This document shows, piece by piece, positions 58,286-64,000 of a DNA stretch of 64,000 nt. Source of the stretch: Chloroflexota bacterium (lineage in GTDB: Bacteria > Chloroflexota > UBA11872 > VXOZ01); contig OZ219802.1 of the NCBI GenBank assembly GCA_964291655.2, positions 160,001 to 224,000 of the forward strand, read 5' to 3'. The notes beneath the pieces are model-generated. The model searched no databases, was not told the origin of the DNA, and saw only the letters and a list, made by a program, of their open reading frames with translations. Each line of letters begins with the position of its first letter. The first letter of the stretch is position 1. Position numbers and translations under genes: made by a program.

Positions 58286-59034
58286 GTGTCCTGTTGCGCG
58301 CCATGGACGATATTCTCTAGCGCAGAACGGTCTGTCAGAGTAATCCGTTTACGTCCAATTTCGAGATAATTCTCATGCTTCAGCTTGTCCAACGTCGCCG
58401 TTACGGTCTCGCGATAGACGCCGAGCATGTCCGCCAAGTCCTGATGCGTAAGCCCCTGAATCTCATCGGAATCCTCTGCGAGCCGCAAAAGCAAAGCCGC
58501 CGTGCGGGCCGGCATGGTCAAGAATGCGCTCTCGTGCAGGCGCTCTTCGGCTTCTTGAAGTCGCTCGTTGAGCACTTGAATGAGGCGCAAGCCGATCCTG
58601 GGATAGGTGACGAGGATGCGTTCCACCTCAGTGCGGCCCAGTGTGCACAATGTTACGTCATCCACTGCTTGGGCCACCGAATCTCCCATCGCCTGCCCAA
58701 AGAGCGGCATTTCTCCGAAGAATGTATCCGGCCCCAGCATTGCCAGCACGAGCTTGCGGCCTTCAAATGATATGCGGTAGAGCTGAACGCGGCCCTCTTT
58801 GATAAGAAAGAGCATCTCTCGGTTATCTTCGGGCGTGTGAATTACCCCTCCCTTGTTTATGTGCACCGTCGCGCTGGAATGGTCTATCTTACTAATTTCA
58901 TGCGGCAGAAGGTCGGCGAAGATTTCAATCTTGGAGATGCAGGAAAGCGTATGGTTGTAAAGTCCCAATCGACCGTTCTGCCGTAGGCTTGTCCGCAGTT
59001 CCTTTGATCGAGAGGATACTCGGTAGTTTCTCAT
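58282..59034 (-). CDS. Crp/Fnr family transcriptional regulator
   Basis: FFGEM cNMP-binding domain; LTHQDLADMLGVYRETVT HTH; start uncertain (59034 or 58968). Confidence 0.92.
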   Translation of the reverse strand: MRNYRVSSRSKELRTSLRQNGRLGLYNHTLSCISKIEIFADLLPHEISKIDHSSATVHINKGGVIHTPEDNREMLFLIKEGRVQLYRISFEGRKLVLAMLGPDTFFGEMPLFGQAMGDSVAQAVDDVTLCTLGRTEVERILVTYPRIGLRLIQVLNERLQEAEERLHESAFLTMPARTAALLLRLAEDSDEIQGLTHQDLADMLGVYRETVTATLDKLKHENYLEIGRKRITLTDRSALENIVHGAQQDT

Positions 59035-59395
59035 GCGGCTACTTCCATTTGCAGGGCGGCAGCGAATTGCACTGACCTGGAGCCGATCTCTGTCCCTAGT
59101 TGAGAGCATATCATGCTCTCAAGCACCGTTTTGTACGCGAGACTACATTACGGCAGCGATGAGGGTTTTCGCACTCGCACCTCGTGCGCAGACTTGCCGA
59201 TGCCGGACGTTAGCGGCGTTAGCCAGGCAATGGGGAAGACTCGAAAGGTAATTCTTCAGATCCCAAAGTTGACGGTCTGCCGGCACGCTGCGCCACAGGA
59301 AAGATCTCCAATGCAGGAGCACGGCGCCAACTTAACGGACCGAAGAGGGGTCCTTCAGCGCGGGAAGTAGCCTGGCCCGAAAGTCTCGCAGTTGC

Positions 59396-60229
59396 CTAGC
59401 TGAAGAACGGGTTGTGGTCTCGCTCCTCCTGCACGGTCGTGGCCGGACCGTGCCCTGGCAAGAGACTTGTCGCGTGCGGCAACGTGAGAACGTGCTCTCG
59501 AATAGTCTGCAGCATCTTGGGGAAAGCTAGACTGCATCTTCCCATCGAGCCGGCAAACAACGTGTCTCCGGTGAAGGCGGCATTCTCGACGACGTAAGTA
59601 ACGCTCCCCGCGGTATGGCCCGGAGTAGGGACGACCAGGACGGAGAAACCTTCAAACTCCACCGTCTCGTTGTCTTTCAGTATCCGTATGCCTCCACTAA
59701 AAGCTCCTCTTGCAAGGTTTTCGTCGGCAGTGTGGACGTGGACGGCTGCGCCGGTCTCCTGCTGAATCGTGTCCGCCGCTTCCGTGTGGTCGCTGTGTCC
59801 GTGCGTGAAGAGAATTGCGAGCAAGCGGAGTCCAGCCTGATTGACGCGCTGCACAACCTCACTCCCCAGCCCACCAGCATCGATTAGCAAGGCAGTCTTT
59901 GTCTCGTTATTGACCAGCAGGTAGACGTTTGCATTGTACTCTGCAACGAGAAAGTGCTCGATGTCAATATAGTCACCGGCCGTGAAGCCGCATGATGCGG
60001 GTTCCCATTCTTCGCGTGCAATTGCCCCTAGCCGGTCCTCCTGCAGCCCAAGTGCGGCGGCAAGTCGGCCAACTACGGCCTGATCGGGCGTAAGTGTATA
60101 GTCCTCCATCTTCTCAACATCGCTCGAGCTGACACCCACTTGCTCCGCCACCGCGTCAACGCTCAATCCCAACCCTCGCCGCGCCTTGCCAATGATGTCA
60201 CCAAACTCGTCTTCCAATGCGTATGCCAT
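59396..60229 (-). CDS. HTH-fused MBL-fold metallohydrolase (glyoxalase II-like)
   Basis: LEDEFGDIIGKARRGLG HTH-like N-terminus; THGHSDH, TPGHT, GDTLF, PGHG. Confidence 0.88.
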   Translation of the reverse strand: MAYALEDEFGDIIGKARRGLGLSVDAVAEQVGVSSSDVEKMEDYTLTPDQAVVGRLAAALGLQEDRLGAIAREEWEPASCGFTAGDYIDIEHFLVAEYNANVYLLVNNETKTALLIDAGGLGSEVVQRVNQAGLRLLAILFTHGHSDHTEAADTIQQETGAAVHVHTADENLARGAFSGGIRILKDNETVEFEGFSVLVVPTPGHTAGSVTYVVENAAFTGDTLFAGSMGRCSLAFPKMLQTIREHVLTLPHATSLLPGHGPATTVQEERDHNPFFS

Positions 60230-60277
60230 TCCCAATTCTCCTCGATATCAATCAATTCGACTGCTTTTGAATGAGGT

Positions 60278-60652
60278 TCACTCACTTTTCTCGATGACGA
60301 CCTGTGTTCCGCTGGTCACTCGTTTGAAAGCGCCCGCATCACCGTCCACCCGTCCAAAGACGTTTACGGGTGAGGCGGGTCTAATCTCGTCGCCGTGGCT
60401 CTTGGGAGTCGGCCCAAAGAAGATGCAAAAAGCGCTGCCGGGCGGCCAGTAGCCGAGATCGCCCAGCTCTACTACTTCCTGAGCGTTGTCTTCCGTAAGC
60501 GCCATCGGGATGCGAAAGTATATCTCGTCACCCCACACGTTGGCGCTGCCTTTGATAGGCAGCGCTTCCCAGATCGCTTGGGCAGTGTTTGTCTCATTCA
60601 GATTCGCTGCTGCTTCCAATTCGCCGCAACGGATGCGAATACGTTTTGTCAT
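60278..60652 (-). CDS. Cyclophilin-like fold protein (TM1367/DUF369-like)
   Basis: WGDEIYF, GYWPPGSAFCIFFGPTP, PASPVNVFG. Confidence 0.85.
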   Translation of the reverse strand: MTKRIRIRCGELEAAANLNETNTAQAIWEALPIKGSANVWGDEIYFRIPMALTEDNAQEVVELGDLGYWPPGSAFCIFFGPTPKSHGDEIRPASPVNVFGRVDGDAGAFKRVTSGTQVVIEKSE

Positions 60653-60787
60653 AGGGCACTCACTTGGCCGGGTCTCCATCCACTCGCTCTCATTCTCTAA
60701 CACGTGCAAGAGCCAATTGGCAAGTAAGTAGATTTTCTCAACTTGCCAAAACCTGACTTCAATCTTGGTGGCGAATGACCCAAAGAG

Positions 60788-62287
60788 TTAGTTCTTCTCT
60801 TCAAGCCGCACGCGCACGACGGTCAGCCCAAGTGACGGTGCAACCACGTCTATCTGTCCGCTGGCATCCACGGTGGAAGAACCAGAATTCGGCCTGACTA
60901 CATTTGGCTCTTCCCAAGTGTTGTGTGCCTTGGGGTCGCCGCCGGTGAGCACCGCAGTCTTCAGGTCGGCGGTTGCTCGACGATCTCCGAATGAAACCTG
61001 GACTTCAACATCGTCTGTCAAGCTTCTGTTGACGAGAAAGACGCAGACGGAATCGCTTTCTGCGTGATAGCTTGCCGACACGTCCAACACCGGTACTTCC
61101 CCTCTGGACCCAGCCGTATACGTGGGGCTATCCACAATTGGCGCGAGCGACATGCCGCACGCGTGCTGTGAGAATAGCTGAAATGGATAGTAGATGCTCT
61201 GAATGAGCATGCCGTCAGGCTTTGTGAGAATGGGTGCGATGACATTGACGATTTGGGCGAGGCAGGCGATCTTCACGATATCGGCGTGCCGCAAGAAGCT
61301 ATTCAAGAATTGAGCGCAGACGAGGGCGTCCTCCAGGTTATAGACCTCCTCGATCAAGTGCGGAGCGTGAGTCCAAGCGCCATCTATCATGCGGTCCTTG
61401 TACCAGACATTCCACTCATCAAAGGCAACGTAGACCTGTCTGTCGCTTCTCTTGACGCCACGCACATAGGCCAGAAGACCGGCGTAGTCGTTCAAGACCC
61501 GGTCTATCTCCACGCCCTCCGCCAGGAACCACGCGCTGTCATCCTCGGAATTGCGGCTGTAGCGGTGGGCGGAGATATACGCGACGTCCTCCCAGCAGGT
61601 TTCCAGCACCACGCGGTCCCACTCCAAGTAGGATTCCATATAGCGACCGGAGGAGCCGCACGCCACGAGCTCTATGGCAGGGTCAATCCCGTGCATTAGA
61701 CGGGCAGCCTGCTGCGCCTTTCCCGCGTACGCTTCTGCCGAGCAATGGCCCGCCTGCCACGGTCCGTCCATCTCATTGCCCAGGCACCAGAGGTCAATGC
61801 CGTAGGGTTCGGAGTTGCCGTTCTGTCGTCGTGCGTCGGACCAATGCGTGCCGCCCGGAAAGTTGCAGTACTCGACGAGTTCTGCTGCTTCGCGCGGCCC
61901 CAGCGTGCCCAGATTGACCGCCATCATGGGCTCTAAGTCCATCCAGCGGCACCAGCCCACAAATTCGTCTACGCCAAACGTGTTCGGCTCAATGCTCTTC
62001 CACGCAAAGTCCGGCCGCACAGGACGCCGGTCTTGCGGCCCCACACCATCACGCCAATCGTAGTTGCTGACAAAGTTGCCGCCGGGATACCGCATGTACG
62101 GCATTCCCAGCCGCCGCAACGCTTCACCCACGTCGGTGCGAAAACCATTAGCATTGCTTAGCGGACTAGCAGGATCATAGATCCCCTCGTACACTGCCCT
62201 GCCCATGTGCTCGACGAATCCGCTGAAGATGCGCCGGTCAATCTCGCCGACGTGGCGGTCGACGTCCAAGCGAATCGATGCTTTCAC
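60788..62287 (-). CDS. Alpha-L-arabinofuranosidase (GH51)
   Basis: FVEHMGR, RYPGGNFVS, LGNEMDG, FDEWNVW, AQIVNVI; GTG start after GAGGAG. Confidence 0.93.
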   Translation of the reverse strand: MKASIRLDVDRHVGEIDRRIFSGFVEHMGRAVYEGIYDPASPLSNANGFRTDVGEALRRLGMPYMRYPGGNFVSNYDWRDGVGPQDRRPVRPDFAWKSIEPNTFGVDEFVGWCRWMDLEPMMAVNLGTLGPREAAELVEYCNFPGGTHWSDARRQNGNSEPYGIDLWCLGNEMDGPWQAGHCSAEAYAGKAQQAARLMHGIDPAIELVACGSSGRYMESYLEWDRVVLETCWEDVAYISAHRYSRNSEDDSAWFLAEGVEIDRVLNDYAGLLAYVRGVKRSDRQVYVAFDEWNVWYKDRMIDGAWTHAPHLIEEVYNLEDALVCAQFLNSFLRHADIVKIACLAQIVNVIAPILTKPDGMLIQSIYYPFQLFSQHACGMSLAPIVDSPTYTAGSRGEVPVLDVSASYHAESDSVCVFLVNRSLTDDVEVQVSFGDRRATADLKTAVLTGGDPKAHNTWEEPNVVRPNSGSSTVDASGQIDVVAPSLGLTVVRVRLEEKN

Positions 62288-62451
62288 ACAGTTTCTCCTC
62301 TGTGGTTGCGATACCGCCCAGCGCTGAGTATCCCACATGGCAGTCATGCTGACCGTAGCCGCAAGCCAGACGGTTCATATGACCGCAATGGAGACTAGTA
62401 TCGCAAATGCAGGGACAGTCAGGAAAGTGTCGGAGAGAGAACCGGTTGACG

Positions 62452-62910
62452 TTACCTGTACATCAGGATCGAATGCATCCGATAGCCATGCCGCTCGTAG
62501 AACTGAAAGGTGGCTAACCAGTCCACGTTGTTCGAGCCAACCATTGAGCGCACGATTCCTTCCGCTTCCGCTCTGTCCAAGAGAGCCTGCACGAGTCGCG
62601 TTCCAAGGCTCTGATCGCGGTGGTCGGCATGCACAAAGACCTCATCAACGTTCAAGTACTGCTCACCCTCGTGCCTAAAGATGTAGCCCTTACCAAGTTT
62701 CACGACGCCCGCAGCGTAAGCTACGACCTCGCCCTGAAACTCGCCCACGAGGAAGTAACCACCGTCGAGCCAGGACCGAAGATGCTCAGCCGTACACATG
62801 ACATAGCCGTCTGTACAGCCTTCTTCTGCCCACAGCCGCGATAGGTCTATGACAGTCTGCACATCATCTAAAGAAGCCGGCCTTACAAAAAAACCAGCGG
62901 CGCCGTTCAT
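62452..62910 (-). CDS. GNAT N-acetyltransferase
   Basis: VHADHRDQSLGTRLV motif A; FYERHGY. Confidence 0.88.
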   Translation of the reverse strand: MNGAAGFFVRPASLDDVQTVIDLSRLWAEEGCTDGYVMCTAEHLRSWLDGGYFLVGEFQGEVVAYAAGVVKLGKGYIFRHEGEQYLNVDEVFVHADHRDQSLGTRLVQALLDRAEAEGIVRSMVGSNNVDWLATFQFYERHGYRMHSILMYR

Positions 62911-63121
62911 TTCTACAAAACCCTAGAATGAGGTGGATTCAAGAATTCTTGCAAGTGTGTCTGGAATCAATGAGCACGCCGTGGTTCTAGACCGGACCTA
63001 GGTAGCCGCGGATGAAACAATGGCGCTTTGTGTTTGGACTTCAACAGAAACCCGCCCTTGACGCCAATGCCTCGCGAATATTCTGTGAGTAAGCACCGCG
63101 TTCAGAGCGCGGACGAAAACG

Positions 63122-64000
63122 TCAGGCTCGTGCGAGAACCGGCATCCAGCCAAGCTCTTCCTGCCAATTCGGCGCGACGTCGCCAAACCTGTCCATGCGC
63201 AGTCCGCTTATGTCAACGCTGGACTCGCCGTGCAAGACCAATTCGCTCACAACCTTGCCCGTGGCGGCTGCGATGGCGAAGCCATGCGCCGACGCGGAAA
63301 CAAACACAAAGTTGCTCGGGTGGTCCAGGATGTCAAAGATCGGCAGGGAGTCCGGGGCCTGTTCAATCACACCGGCCCAACTCCGAATTACCGGTACATC
63401 CGCCGCTACTGGAAACAGGTCCGCAAGTCGTCTGGCAATATTCCGTATGAGGGGCGTGTTTGGTTTGCTGGGATCAGAGGTCAGATCCACATCAATCCAC
63501 TCGTGGGGACCGCCACCGTAGAGCAGATTGCCCTTCTTGGCCTGGCGCCCGTAGAGTCCGTTGCCCACCAGGGCGCACTGAAAGAGTGGTTCTAGGGGGG
63601 CAGTGGCAATAATCTCCGCCCGTGCTGTCGCTAGCGGTACGCGCACGCCAACCATCTCTAGGAACAATGCCGTCTGTGGCCCGGCAGCACAAACCACTGC
63701 GTCTGCTTCGATGTCGCCGGCAGACGTCTCAACCGCCGAGACCCTCCCGCCGGTGAGCTTGAAGCCGGTGGCAGCAGTGTGCTGGTAAAGCCTGCCACCC
63801 CTATCTTGAAATGCCCAGGCAAATGCCTGGACCGACCGCTGTGGGTTGGCGTGAGCACCCATGGGGAAAAAAATGCCGCCGAGGGACCTATCGGTGACAC
63901 AGGGCGCCATGTCCTGTATGTCGGATGGGTCCAACACGTCCACCTGCACGCCGGACCGCTCCCCGACTTCGCGCTCGGTCACGTAGCGGCCCATTTCCGC
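63122..64000 (-). CDS. FAD-dependent oxidoreductase (DAO / sarcosine oxidase beta family), 5'-truncated by window edge
   Basis: VVCAAG, RSWAGV, HGFAIAAATG. Confidence 0.85.
   Translation of the reverse strand, partial: AEMGRYVTEREVGERSGVQVDVLDPSDIQDMAPCVTDRSLGGIFFPMGAHANPQRSVQAFAWAFQDRGGRLYQHTAATGFKLTGGRVSAVETSAGDIEADAVVCAAGPQTALFLEMVGVRVPLATARAEIIATAPLEPLFQCALVGNGLYGRQAKKGNLLYGGGPHEWIDVDLTSDPSKPNTPLIRNIARRLADLFPVAADVPVIRSWAGVIEQAPDSLPIFDILDHPSNFVFVSASAHGFAIAAATGKVVSELVLHGESSVDISGLRMDRFGDVAPNWQEELGWMPVLARA

Noticed and set aside
59150-59370. Several possible stems (GCAGAC/GTCTGC, TGCCGG/CCGGCA, GGACC/GGTCC) between crp and the MBL gene
   Set aside because: Short GC-rich pairings expected by chance, with no recognisable RNA family motif.
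370-64000. Numerous antisense and alternate-frame ORFs in the ORF track
   Set aside because: They are shadows of GC-rich genes with no motifs or RBS.

Overview
Bacterial chromosomal window, probably Chloroflexota. This is inferred from the Gram-positive-type split Wzc, VanW, orphan Tat/lipoprotein sugar-binding proteins and the gene content. Core regions contain: two paralogous ABC solute-binding lipoproteins, RidA, VanW, rex followed by a 12-gene complex I operon (nuoABCD-G-HIJKLMN, with no nuoE/nuoF), tRNA-Arg(CCG), a CPT-like kinase plus an AttEFGH-like ABC/lipocalin cluster, rarA, an exopolysaccharide cluster, holB and various metabolic genes. The standout is an ~11.5 kb minus-strand array (45233-56781). 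Six divergent, intact-looking PD40/TolB-like beta-propeller lipoproteins each follow the C-terminal tip of a metzincin-type (HExxH...H...Met-turn) zinc peptidase. The junctions are near-identical direct repeats and the cassettes are mosaic. All three 'head' genes for large secreted proteins are broken: two are fused out of frame to a peptidase tail, and one has a nonsense codon plus a truncation. This resembles an orphan toxin-tip/immunity array of a polymorphic toxin system built from an unusual pair (metallopeptidase + PD40 lipoprotein); that functional reading is inference. Two candidate ncRNAs and a Rex operator were also found.
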